Under the pieces are notes generated by a model, which saw nothing but the letters and a program-made list of their open reading frames with translations, was not told the DNA's origin and did no database searches. Source: Camelus ferus (lineage: Eukaryota). From it: DNA of 64,000 nucleotides. Made by a program: the position numbers and the translations under genes. Each line of letters begins with the position of its first letter. The stretch's first letter is position 1. The stretch covers positions 96,288,001 through 96,352,000 of the forward strand of contig NC_045696.1 in assembly GCF_009834535.1 (NCBI RefSeq), in the 5' to 3' direction. Shown here in pieces: positions 1-12,135 of the stretch.

Positions 1-130
1 TAAAAACGCTTACTAATGAAAAAGCATACAAAAACAAATATATGTATGTTTATGCATGACTGGGACATCGTGCTGTACACCAGAAACTGCCACATTGTGA
101 CTGATGGTACTTCAAAATAAATAAATTAAA
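1..130 (+). mobile_element. L1 3' terminus (truncated by window edge)
   Basis: tgctgtacaccagaaact...cattgt...acttcaaaataaataaa resembles the L1 end at 61717-61773. Confidence 0.75.
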
Positions 131-1493
131 CTCTTACAGTCAAAAAAGAGTTACAAGACTAGCCACAGGAAAACTGCAATTTAAAATTTTCAGACCAGTA
201 AACTTTAAGAAATAAATAAAATGGAACTTTGCATTAAGGTATAAGAGACTGTGAATGAGAGGTTCCAAAGAAAGAGAATCTTTGTAAGCATGACTTCCCA
301 TGACTACATAATGTCCATCCTCAAGATGCTTGTTATGAACCTGCACCTTGATTTCTGCACATGCATGTCTGCACATGTGTATGCTAGAGGCAGTTTCACA
401 TTTCAGTATACGGTGAATTAAAATACAATGAAATTTAAAATTTTAACATTAATATCCCAGTTAGGTTCATCAGTTTAGGACCTGCTTCCTATAAAAAAGA
501 GATACTGACTTCACTGTTCCTAATACACAAAGTAATCCTTCCAAAGATATTAAGCATGCTGAGAGACACTTTTTCAGAGACACAGACTAAATCCTCAGCT
601 CTATAAAAGTCATAAAAGCTCAGAGCAGGACCAAAGCAGTTCTCTGATAGATCGAACTAGAATTCATAAGAACGGTTTTTACCAACTTAAAACTAACAAT
701 GCCACTTCCTAAAGAACCAGGCATTTTCCTACTTCGACCCCTAAGAAAAAGTTGCTTACCATCTGGAAATTATAATTAAAGTTCTAAGGAGGCAATTTAG
801 TAACCACACATCCTTTGTACTTCCTTCTTCTTTGATCAAGACAGCAATTTCAGCTGAATACACTTTTCCTTCCTCCTTGTCAGGAGAAAAGATCAAGGCA
901 AATAATGGCACAAGCGCCCTCTTCTGGTCACTATGATGTATATCAGCGTGTCGGAATGAGCGGTCACTCATTCCTCCATGCCCGTACCCCTCCCCTCAAT
1001 GGCATTTTTTATTTTTTTATTTTTTAAATTCCATACTGCTTGACAGTTTTCAAAACTTTCTCACATGTGATCAACTGCATTTTAAACTGCAGGTGAACAA
1101 AACTAAGACGACCTTTCTTTGGAATAACGAAGCTCTAAAGGAGATCTCAACAAGACAGGATGCACAAAATTATTTTTTAATAAATCTCTAATTTTTGCAA
1201 AACAAAAGGTTTAGGAGGATTACATTTAATAGCATAATTACAAAGCAATTAGACATTTAAAAAGCTGACATCATTGAAAGCATTGTGATCAATATGTACA
1301 ACGGGAAGCTGTCATCTCAGGGCAAAGGTGTTATACCTTTAATATAAGTCAATGTGAGAAATGTCAGGTGGCTTTTTTGAATGTATTCATCCATATAAGA
1401 ATATATTTTAACCCCTTGCAAAAAGCAAACTATAAGGAATCTCTTCTCCTCTTAAAAGCATGCTAACAGCCTTGCGTTTCGTGGGAGGGTTAC

Positions 1494-1663
1494 CTGGAAC
1501 ATGTGAAATGCCAGCTTTTCGTTATACTCCCACTGCTTCATAGCTTGCTCCACATCTGGCGGCACAGGGACAGGGCCGTCCCCTGTGCTGGAAGCCATGT
1601 GGTAAAAGTCGGAAATCTTGGCCAACTGCTCTCGAAGATACCTGGTAGAAATTTGTGTCCACT
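1494..1663 (-). CDS. MED12L: MED12L coding exon 5 (aa 186-242, EWTQISTRYLREQLAKISDFYHMASSTGDGPVPVPPDVEQAMKQWEYNEKLAFHMFQ); gene continues beyond window start
   Basis: Within ORF 1452..1814. Acceptor tttacatgcag|AG completes the split GAG codon from exon 4; donor CAG|gtaacc; 170 nt. Confidence 0.96.
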
Positions 1664-3613
1664 CTGCATGTAAACAAACAAACAAAAGTCCATTTCCAGA
1701 CAGGATGATTGTAAGACCTAACTTTCTCTCCCTCTTTCCGGTTACCTTAAGGATGTACTTATAAAATAAAACATCTATTACACAAAAATGGCTTTGGCAT
1801 ACATATGCAAGCATTGTTCAGAAAGGCACTCCTGCCACAAAGCCCTTAAGTAATGACACCTGCCCCACTTGGCCAGCAGGGGTGCTGGCCAGCTCTCCCC
1901 TTGTGCCTCTGTGACCCCCTAGCCTAGAAGAGATGGCTACACTCGTAGTAAGTGTTATCTGGTGATCCTCTGTGTTAATTAATAGCACAATAAAAATATC
2001 AGAGGCACAAGTGGGAAATAGAACAGTAGAGGTGAGCACTCCACAAAAATCACAATTCTACTCCAAAAGAATTCAAAATCCCCCCAAATGTAGCTTTCTT
2101 AGGGTCTGTTTTTCAGGCTCCATGTCAGGGTTCAAACATGCCTAATTAAGTCTTGTTCTGTTTTTGTCCATCTGTAACAGGACTGGCATTCCCTGCAGGC
2201 TGGGCCCAGACAGCATGTCGACTCCACTCCCCTAGGCACCGCCAGGGACAGGAGAACAGCCGCCTCTTGGACAACCGTCTGGACCCTCAATTACTCTACT
2301 CTGCTTAGAACTCAATCAGCAAGAGCAGTGAGCAGCAAAGGGCAGGAGACTGAAAAGGAAACTGAAAAGGCAACGTAAAAACAAAATCACTAAAATTATT
2401 CAAAGGTATCCGCCACAGGGGCACAAATTAAATCAGTGTGTTGCCTCTGGCAACCATGAGGGATGTGATACCAACTTCAGCCCATTTTGTGGATAAAAAT
2501 GTAATAATTGCATGTTCACAGTCAAATTTCCCCAAGGATAGCAAGACAGCATTTCAGAAGAAACATGACCACACAATGCGGTTTTCCCATTATTTTGGCG
2601 ATAGGTTCCCCTCCCTTCTTATTTTTAAAGGAACCTACTTTGAAAAAAGAGTAGAAACTAAATATCGGTTAGAAATGGAGCACCTTGTTTTTATTTTTTA
2701 AGTACTGTTAAAATTACTTGACAACAGTACCCAGAGATAACTACTGCTAAGTTTTGGTCTAAACCACTTATTCTAATGCTGTCTTATTTACAATTGAAAT
2801 TCAAACACATGTGTTTCCAATGCGTTGCTCCAGTAATAAGCCAATGCAAACAGATGAACAGATACTAGGTCAACATTCTGTTCCTGGTGTAATCGTTCTT
2901 CAGAAAGTATCACCGATAACAGATATCATTGTTAAAATTACTCCAGCCGCACTAAAAACAAAACAATGAATTACCAATGTCATCATTTTCTGGTGCCCCT
3001 GATATGGACTAATAGTCTCATGACTGTCACTTGTTCAACAAAACAAATGCCAACCAGCAGATGAGACGAGTTTAGCTGAGCTATAATAAGCGAAAACAAA
3101 AATAATGAGGATCCAAATCCTAGCTTTTGTGTGCCAAGCCTTGCTATTAACTCACTCTCTGTACGGTACTATTCTCAGTATCCCCTCAGAGTATTTTAGC
3201 CTCAAGAGCTAAAAATAACACACACATTCACACACCCTCTACTTTGTCCAGAGTGTATTTTCTTTTCAAGATTGCCTTTTTTTTTTTTTAATACAGAAGA
3301 ACATTCACTATAGAAAATTTCTAATGCAGATATGAGAAGAAAAAAAACCTCATAATCATTAAATATTTTTATATCTTTTCAGTTTTTGTCTTTATGTGTG
3401 CTTGACTGTTTACATAAACATACGCATATCTTTTTAAAAATATGCTGAGTATTTCATCCCACAATCTGAATTCTTTTTAAAACTCAAATGAAATTCAACT
3501 GTACACCTCTTAGTAGTGTATTTTAACTTCAACTGTATTTAACTGACATGAAGTTATCATATCAAATCAGACCAAGTCAGAGGTCTGGGACATCAGACAG
3601 TCTAGTGTGAACC

Positions 3614-3720
3614 AGAGGGTTCAGCCCAATGGCAGAGCACGTGCTTAGCATGCACGAGGGCCTGGGTTCAATCTATTACACAAATAAATAACAAACAATC
3701 CTAATCCTCCCCCCCAAAAA
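3614..3720 (+). mobile_element. tRNA-derived SINE (camelid vic-1-like), degraded
   Basis: A-box-like cagcccaatggcagag, core gtgcttagcatgcacgagg, B-box-like gggttcaatc, AT-rich then C-run tail. Confidence 0.75.
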
Positions 3721-4719
3721 ATTAGGACGCATACAATACTTTCATCAAAAATTAAAAACAGAAAATAACAAATGGCACTAGTAATGCACTCCTTAAAATT
3801 ATTAGGATTCACGGACCCCTCTCATGCTTCGTTAGGACTGGAGGTTAAAGGAGAGAAGCGAGGGCAGCAGTGCCAGACCGTGGGGTTCCTCAGCCCGGAC
3901 TGACCGCAAACGCAAGCGCCAGGGAAGCTCTTACATGATGCCACTGTCTCCAGCCCCTCGCCCACCCCACCAGATCCTGGTTTAGTGGGTCTGGAGCGAA
4001 CCCGGTTCCAGGAGATAAAAAGACAACAGGAACGGACAGAGACCATGGGGTGTGGGGAGGTTCAAAGGGAGAAAGGACACAGGAAGTGAGCAAGGAGGCT
4101 GCTCCAAAAGCGGAGCAGCTCTAAGTCGAATCAAGCAACCTGGAGGAGTCAGCCTCATCTCCAGTTTGTTGAGGTCCAGCAGAACTGAGGTCCACAGAGC
4201 CAGGTCATCAGACAGCTGGTGAACACGAACATTACTGAGAGTGGAGAGGGGGTCAGTGCTGAAAAGTACAGCCTGTCCCTCGGACAATGCTTTCCCTGTC
4301 ATCCAAGTATCCCAAGGCCACTATTCTTCTCTGTTAATGCCTCACCCCCAAAACGGAAGGGGTTTCAGAGGTCATGAAGTTCACCCCACCGTTTTACAGA
4401 TCCAGCCACTGCAGGCATAACACAAGGTCACCCAGGTAAACCAGAACCACACAGACAGGTGTGAGATGCCCCACTCCAGTACATGAAAATAAACACTTTG
4501 CGGGTGAGGACAGAGACGTGCCAAGTTACATCAAAAGATGATCCCCCAGGGCCTGCAATATCTGCCGTATTAATAAGAGAACTGGGAGCTCAGGAGAGGA
4601 GGAACACACCCTGGGGGCAAACACAGAGCACCCCAAATGCAACAACGCTCATGGAGAGGGCGTCCTGGCAAAGTGACAGAGCAGGAAGCAATGCAGGGCC
4701 ACACTGAGTGCTCCTGGCA

Positions 4720-4925
4720 GAAAGAACTGTGGGACAGGATGGCCCGGGGTCCAAATCCTGGCACTCAGTGATGAGCAAGGCATCTACCCTCCTAAACCTC
4801 AACTTCCTCATCTCAACAAGAGGGATCCATAACACACAGATGTCAGAGCTACTGTAAGGATGAGTTACCTAGCCCAGCGCACGCAGTGCAGAAGTGGATC
4901 AGTAAGTGGTCACTACCATCATTAA
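4720..4925 (+). mobile_element. MIR
   Basis: ggtccaaatcctggc...aacctcaacttcctcatct...gtaaggatgag. Confidence 0.65.
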
Positions 4926-5755
4926 TATTGGCATGAAAAGTTTTTAGAAAGGAAACTAAAGGTTAGACCTTGACTATCCCTGATGTTAGACCCTGCTTCT
5001 GTCTCAGCGGAGCTGCAAGGTCTGACATGCTGGTCTGGACAAGTATTTATCGTATCAATCAATGTCAATTTCATGGTTCCAAAACCTTCGATGGATCTGC
5101 AGTCCTTAATGAATTAAGGTCAAACTCCTTAGCTGGGAATTAAAATCAAATACTATCTACCATTACATACGCTGTCAGCTCAAGGTGCTGTCTCTCTGAC
5201 TCCCATGTCTGCGAGGCTCCACCTCAGCTACTCATCCGTGTTCACATGTGGGAGTTTTTCTGGGCCCAATTCAACTGTCACATCTCACATGTAGCCTCTC
5301 CAGGCTCTGGACACCAGCCCACCACGTAACAGGGATCTGTCTCTCTTCTCCAATCGATGTGTTATAACTTCCTCCATCTCTTGCATCCCCATAAAACTAT
5401 GCTTTACACACTCAAGATCTAAGTACTGACTTGAATCAATGCACTATAAGGTCCTCCCAAAATAAAACTATTAAAATCAAGTTCCTCCTCAATTATTCCG
5501 CTTCTCAGATCTTCATACAAAAATCTTTGCTTTCTAGTTTAAACTCATCACTGCATACCTAGAAGGTTTCAAACACCATAGTAGGGAAAATGCTTAATTC
5601 CCTAATAATTCTGTCTTTATTACAATCAATGCAACTAGAAGCACCTGTTAACTAATGTGCTACAAAGTTCCAAGCAAATATGGAACTTATTCAATCCTTT
5701 TTATAAATTTCCAGTAAATATAAGTATAAATATAAATGTTATGCATACAGACACC

Positions 5756-5783
5756 ATATATATGTGTGTGTGTGTATATATAT
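5756..5783. repeat. (TA)n(TG)n(TA)n compound microsatellite
   Basis: atatatatgtgtgtgtgtgtatatatat. Confidence 0.85.
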
Positions 5784-6231
5784 CTTTTAATTTTGTGAAG
5801 GCTTATTTTCCTGGCTAAATTCTTTCCCTGTATCAAAACCACTGGCAACACCCTACATAAAGTAGATGAAACAAAGATTATTTTTTTTAAAAAACTCCAA
5901 GTCCACAGACGAAAGTGCACATCTTTGAAGTGACCCACTTGAATCAGCTCTTTAAGTCAAAGATGACAGGCTCCTTGATGGAGAAACCTGTATCTTTCAA
6001 CATGCTCCCTGAGGCTGCACCACTACAGTAAAATAGTTCTTGCCTCTTCACAGTGGAAACAGGCTGCTTCTCAAAACTGCAGGGTGTGGAGGATTTAAAC
6101 AGCCTGACTTTGGTACAGACCGATTAGGGGGCGGAGGGCGGTCAGCATTATGTAAGGCACTGCACACTCCATTTCTGAACTCCCAATAAAATGACTGAAA
6201 GACTTTCCCCATGTTTTCTGTTGTCAAAATG

Positions 6232-7155
6232 CTTTCTTGATCAAAGGGTGCCATCAACAAAGTGAAAAGACAACTCACAAATTGGGAGAAAACATTCGCA
6301 AATCATTTATCTGACTTGGATGCAGACTACATAAGGAATGATCACAACTCAGTAATAAAAAGACAACCCATTTTTTCAAATGGGAAAAGGATCTGAGTCG
6401 GCATTTCTCCAAAGATAAACAAATGGATGATAAGCACATGAAAAGATGCTCAACATCGTCAGCCACCAGCGAGTGCAAATCCAAACCACAGCAAGGTACC
6501 ACTGGGACAGTTACAAACAAAAAGACAGATAATAACAACTTCTGGTGATAATCTGTGGAAATCAGAACCTTCCCGCATTGCTGGGTGTAGCCACTGTGGA
6601 AAGCGGTTTGGCATTTTCTCAAAAGGTTGAACATAGAGTCATCATCTAACTCACCAATTTCACAACTAGTTACACACCCAAGAGAAGTGAAAACACACGT
6701 CCACACACAGATCTGTACACAAATGTTTGCAGCAGCATGATTCATAATAGTCAAAAAGTGAAAGCAAGCCAAATGTCCGTCAACTGATGAACAAGTAAAT
6801 AAAACGTGTCATATGCCTATAATGGAATAACCATTCAGACCTAAGAAGTCATGAACTACTGGTAAATACTACATGGATGAACCTTGAAAACATTACGCTA
6901 ACTGGAAGAAACTTGTTTCAGAGAGCCACATATGTTATGATTCCACTTATACGAAATGTCCAGAATAGGCAAATCCATAGAGCTGAGGGGGACTGAGGGG
7001 AAATGGGAAGTGACTGCTAACGGGTACGAGACTCCTTCCAAGGAACACTCTACAATGTAGTGATGGTCTCACAACTCCGAACATATTCTAAACTACTGAA
7101 CAGCACACTTAAAACGAACTGTAAAATGTGAATTATATCTCAGTAGAGCAATTAT
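6232..7155 (+). mobile_element. L1 (L1MB-like) ORF2 3' end and 3' UTR, degraded
   Basis: Typical L1 tracts aaagtgaaaagacaac..tgggagaaaa, ataagcacatgaaaagatgctcaacatc, atgaaccttgaaaacattacgcta, gaaatgtccagaataggcaaatccatagag. Confidence 0.9.
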
Positions 7156-8469
7156 ACAATTTTTTAATGTTTTCCCCAAATACGTTGCTGCCAATAAAAA
7201 TTCATCATCATGAAGTGTAAGAAAAGACTGCTCCACACGGACAGAAAGTCACCCACTCTGACATGACATGGCCTTGAGGGGGCGGGGGTGGGGGAGGGAG
7301 AGAACAGGGGCAGGAACCAGCGTGGCCAGGAGTGAACAGTCAAACCCAGGTGGTAAGTGATAGAATCTTTGTTACAGTCTCCTATCCCTGTATAGGTTTG
7401 AAACATCCATAATAAAAAGCTTTAAAAAGATAATCAGTTGCATTCTATAAAATGACCCCCAGGACACCTGAAACCCCCATTCAGGCGCCAGCCGCTGCTC
7501 ACCCTGGGGATGAAAGCAGCAGTGGTGTGCAGGCTGGCTGCTGGGGTCAACAACAGCCCAAGTCAAAGGGCTGCCGCAGGGCAGGGGACGGGGGCCAGCA
7601 GGGAGCCAGCCGGGGGCTGGAACACTGCTTCCTGCTGAACGGTCAGGCAGGGAACTCAGGCCCTCTGGCTGGAAGGTAGGGGAAAGGGCTGGGGGAGACG
7701 GGCTGCTGGCACTCAGTGGAAGTGCTCTGGTGCCATCAATTACTGAAATCTTTTTTATGCTTTAGAAAAGTTTTCCTCTTAAACAGAATTTCCTACAGAC
7801 GCTGGTGTTGAGTGAGAGGCAAATACTGGGTACCTGTTTTTGTCGGGGGGAATAATTCTGCCATTCTGCCATGTTGTTTTTTAACTGGCCGTTTCTCTCT
7901 GGTTTTATTTACTGTGATGACACTAAGTATTGTTACTTGGGAATCAAGGTGACAATTTAAGGTAAAATAAACACTATGGGTGTTTGGCAGCAAGCATTAC
8001 ATGCCTACTATGAGCCAGAAGCTCTCCAGGGGTCTGGTGCTACAAAGGTGAGGAGAAAGCAGCCCCTACGTGAGGCGATTCATCCTCCAGGTAGGGGGAC
8101 ACAGGGACACAGACACTGACAGAAGCGAGGTAAGTGCTCTGCCAGCCATGGGACACAGGAGTGGAAGCAACAGGATGTGCGAGCCACGTCTCGAAAGGAG
8201 GGACAGAGGAGTTCCACAGACAGAAGCAGCAGTGTGTAATGTCCCAGGCCACGCAGACAGCAGCGAGGCAACAGGAGAGAGGGTCATCCTTGAGGCAAGC
8301 CCGGCAGGTGGCCCAGCCAGGGGGGCCTCAAACACTAGTGCACAAAATGATCACCAGAGGGCGCACATCAGACACACAGATTTAGCTCCAACTGGAGATT
8401 TCAACCCGGTAAGTCTGGAGTGGGGTCCAGAAATCTGCCATTGATAACCAGTAGCCCAGGCAGTGACAA

Positions 8470-8760
8470 GCTGTGGAGTTTGCTTTTTTACCACAAATGA
8501 TTCAAAGCCACTGGAGGATTTTAAGGAACGATGAGATAAGATATGTAAATTAAGACTCTCTCAGAAGTTGTGGGGGAGACGAATTGAAAGGAGGCTGCAA
8601 AGTCCAGTGGGAAGGTGACTGAGGGGGGAACAAGAGAGTCAGGTGGCATCTGTCACTAACCTGATAGTGGAGAGAAAAAGAGAGCGGCAGGCGGCTTCCA
8701 GATTTCCCAGGAGGGCAGGTGGCTGAGCAGAGCACGGTGCCATCGAAAGAGATGTGAACA
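8470..8760 (-). mobile_element. L2 fragment
   Basis: agccactggaggattttaagg..gataagat...ggaggctgcaaagtccag purine-rich reverse-L2 pattern. Confidence 0.55.
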
Positions 8761-9389
8761 CAGAGCCAGAGGGGTGGGGGGGTGCTAAATTCAATGTGTT
8801 TGTTTTCATTAACCTGTTGTTTTAATTCAGGACCAGGTAGTTCACCCATATTTAGCTCTTTCAGAAAACTTCTCCTAATTTCTCCAGTCTCCCCCTCTTT
8901 TCCTGTATGATCACAGGTAATTATATGTACTGACTGTTGCTCCATGTTTTAGGTCTACATCTTGTTTCCCAAAAAAATGCCTTTAAGGGAGCCCCCTTGA
9001 AGGCAGATAGCACAGCCTCCAGTTGGTTACAATTCTCTACAGCATGTACTCCAATGCAGAGAATCTTAATATGTATTTTTTTTAACCTAAATCACTCTTT
9101 ATTCAAAAGAAATATAAGAAGTTCTCTGAATGCATTTCTCCAAGAAATTCAAAAGCAATCACGAGCAGACATTACTTTGATTTCATCAAAAATTTAACCG
9201 ACTGTAAACACGCACGCACACACCAACAAACACCACTGCCACACACGGGCACTCTTACCATGGAACAGACTGTGACACTTTTACTTTAGAAAAAGCTGAA
9301 GTATGTTTCCACAGGGCAACAGTGTGGAATTCAGAGTCACACTGCAGCACATTAAACTTGGTGAGAACTTTTAAAAGTTTATATAAATC

Positions 9390-9587
9390 AGGAAAGAACA
9401 ACGGTGGTTGACAGAGCCTCGGGGAGGGGAGAGAGGGGAGTTTATTCAACGAGCATAGAGATTGTTTTAAAAGATGAAAAAGTTCCGGGGATCTGTTGCA
9501 CAACAATGTGCAGATAGTTGACACCGTACTATACACATTAAATGGTTAAGAGGATAAATTTTATGTGTTTTCCACCACAATTTTTAA
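9390..9587 (+). mobile_element. L1 3' UTR fragment (L1MA/MB-like)
   Basis: gatgaaaaagttcc..gatctgttgcacaacaatgtg...aaatggttaagagg.taaattttatg. Confidence 0.8.
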
Positions 9588-10299
9588 GTCTTTGTAAATT
9601 TTACACATCCAATTAACTGAACAGCTATACATCTGGAAAAAGATTCAAAGTCTTCCAATTTTTGTTAAGGCCCAAGCAGCAAGTACTTGCCTTTATAATA
9701 TTATCTAAGAAGAACTGAAATTCTAATGCATTCCCTGAACTTCCTTCAAAACTTTTCCATAAAACACATTTTTACAGCAAGGTATCTTCCAGAAAAGGTA
9801 TCAACAATGACAAAAATAGAGAGTAATAATTTGGGACTGAGATTAGAACTTTTTCTTCACATCCAAGTTACACTTGCCAATGTCTTAGAGTCCAATAGCT
9901 CGATGTGACTTCCTGTGAAAATAGCAGCCCACTGTCCATAACCCCTCCCCTCCAATTTCCATTCTGCGAAAGCATTTTCAACTCTTTCATCCATTGTGTT
10001 CCTTTGGTTTTCCTCTTTATCTCTAAGCAACATATTTGCAGTTGTACTTCCTGATTTTAAGCATTATCTATTGGCTTCCTACTATGATAGAATATTCAGC
10101 TCTCTTTTACTTCCCACCAAGACGTTATGTACTTACATATTTCCTTTCTTCCCAACATATAGCAGATTTTAATTCTGAAGCTAGTCTATGTTTCTAGCAG
10201 GGTAAAACAAATAAGTAACCATGTCCTTGCTACCAGAAATCATTCACTGTCCACGTAACAGATATGAGATAAACATAAAAATCAAAGAAATTAATAAAA

Positions 10300-11000
10300 C
10301 TCTTTAATGTTAACTAGAGATGTTACAGATAAATTGGAAATAGGAATATAAACTCCCATATGCATGCACAACATGTGTGCACACACTTGCACACACAGAT
10401 ATACATATAACCATCCATCCACTGCAGGACATAGATGCCATGACATCCTGGTAGCAATGAGAAACTTCAGCACCTAGATCTTGATTTCTAAATATCATTT
10501 CCCACCAGAAAGAAGTAAGGTTCCACAGAGAAATGGCTGACTGCAGATCTGAGGCAGAAAAAACACAAGATGAGCCTGGGACATCATTGGATGCCAAAAA
10601 GCAAGGAGGTGCTCTAAGTCAAATGGTATCGTGTCAAAGGATACAAAAGAGCTTGAAACATCTTCCACTGGCCAACTCTGAGACAATCTGAACACTAAAA
10701 TGAACCATGAGTGTAAATGGTTGTAAAATACTGAATGACTGAATATTCGTGAGCCCTAACAATGACCAAAGATAATTTTTTTAAATAAGAAAAAAACTCA
10801 TTTATTACAACTAACTATGCAACTGCAGCAATTCTTATTCTGAAAACTGACAATCAAAGGCGTTTACTCAGCCTTTTTTAGAAAGAACTATGGCTTGGCA
10901 CAGTTGATGAGGGGAAGCCCATTTTCAGAAGAATGCCAGCATCTAGCCATTCTCAAGGAAATGACAGTTTGGGGCTTGGTTCATCAATGGATGCTACAAC
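10300..11000 (+). mobile_element. Old L1 (L1MC-like) 3' UTR fragment
   Basis: Shares motifs with 28240-28460: ctggtagcaatgag, cagaaaaaacacaagatgagcctgg, tgtcaaagga, ccactggccaa. Confidence 0.65.
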
Positions 11001-11868
11001 CTTTACATGAAAGATGCTGAGGAAAGGGACAGCTGCAGTGGCCAAAGCTGTACTAGCAGGTCCTGTCCCTTCTTTTGGAGAGTGGTTTTTACCAGATAGC
11101 CAGAGTTACCTCACCAACTAAAGCGTATTCTTCATGACTAAGTAAAGCACGCATTTAAATTGTGCTTATGCAAGCACTTCTGTCCAGCCCTCAGGGTTAT
11201 TTTCATAGTAAGCAAGGCAGATATCTCCTTTATGAAAAATAAGGAACAAGGAACATGTGAAAATGTGGAGGCAATCTTGACCTGAAGCTAAAAGCTTGTC
11301 CCTGGAATCAGAAAAGTTAGTACGTGCTGTCTTCAAGGACTCGAACTGAAAGTAAGCTGGTTGGCTCAGATAAGAAACCAGACTGTCAATTATGTGTTTA
11401 GCAGGGCTTATTTTTGCAGTCCAAATGGCTCAGTGAATATGTCACAAATTAATGACCCACCATGCAAGAAGGGTAGCTGTTTCTTCTTTGTATTGTGGGG
11501 GCGATAAGGATAGTGGTTCCAAGAGTATAGTTCACCAAGGAAAGTCTCTCACCCACCCCAACAAAACCTCAGGGGTACAGAGGAAACAACTGGGGGTCAA
11601 CAGAGCAGCTCCCTGGGCAGTTTAACCACGAAGCATTTTAAGCTTCTTCTAATCCATCTGTTTCCCCCCAAAAAAGGCCTCATGCCTGTGATACATCTTG
11701 TCACTTTTCACCATATTGAACACCAAGTAACTCCTAGCCAGAATTAGAGATGCTCATCTTGCAAGCAACTTCATCTGTCTCTCGTTTCTCTGGCCCCCTG
11801 GACCTGGCTGTGCTCTGCCTGCTCCCCATGGCACCCGGGGGAGCTGCAGCTGTGACTCCTCCTATGCT

Positions 11869-12135
11869 GCCCACAGCCCTCCGCGCTGCAGCCTGCTCCG
11901 TGCCCACAGCCCACCATCTTGCAGCCTGTTCCCTGCCCACAGCCTCCGGCGCTGCAGCCTGCTCCCTGCCCACAGCCCCCTACACTGCAGCCTGTTCCCT
12001 GCCCACAGCCTCCTGTCCTGCAGCCTGCTTCCTGCCCACAGCCCCCCATCTTGCAGCCTATTCCCTGCCCACAGCCCCCCGCGGCGCTGCAGCCTGTTCC
12101 CAGCCCACAGCCCCCCGTCTTGCAGCCTGCTCCCT
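11869..12135. repeat. 33-bp minisatellite, 8 units (seven of 33 nt, one of 36 nt), consensus GCCCACAGCC-variable core-TGCAGCCTGYTCCCT
   Basis: Units counted directly; explains the repetitive ORFs on both strands at 11750-12295. Confidence 0.95.

Noticed and set aside
760..1086. Cryptic MED12L exon (donor ATG|GTAAGC at 760, ORF 756..971)
   Set aside because: Translation has no MED12-family similarity and does not match the expected next exon; only a weak candidate acceptor near 1087.
6275..6772. 165-aa ORF and other 60-190-aa intronic ORFs
   Set aside because: Antisense readings of L1/L2/LTR relics or chance ORFs, many starting at non-ATG codons.
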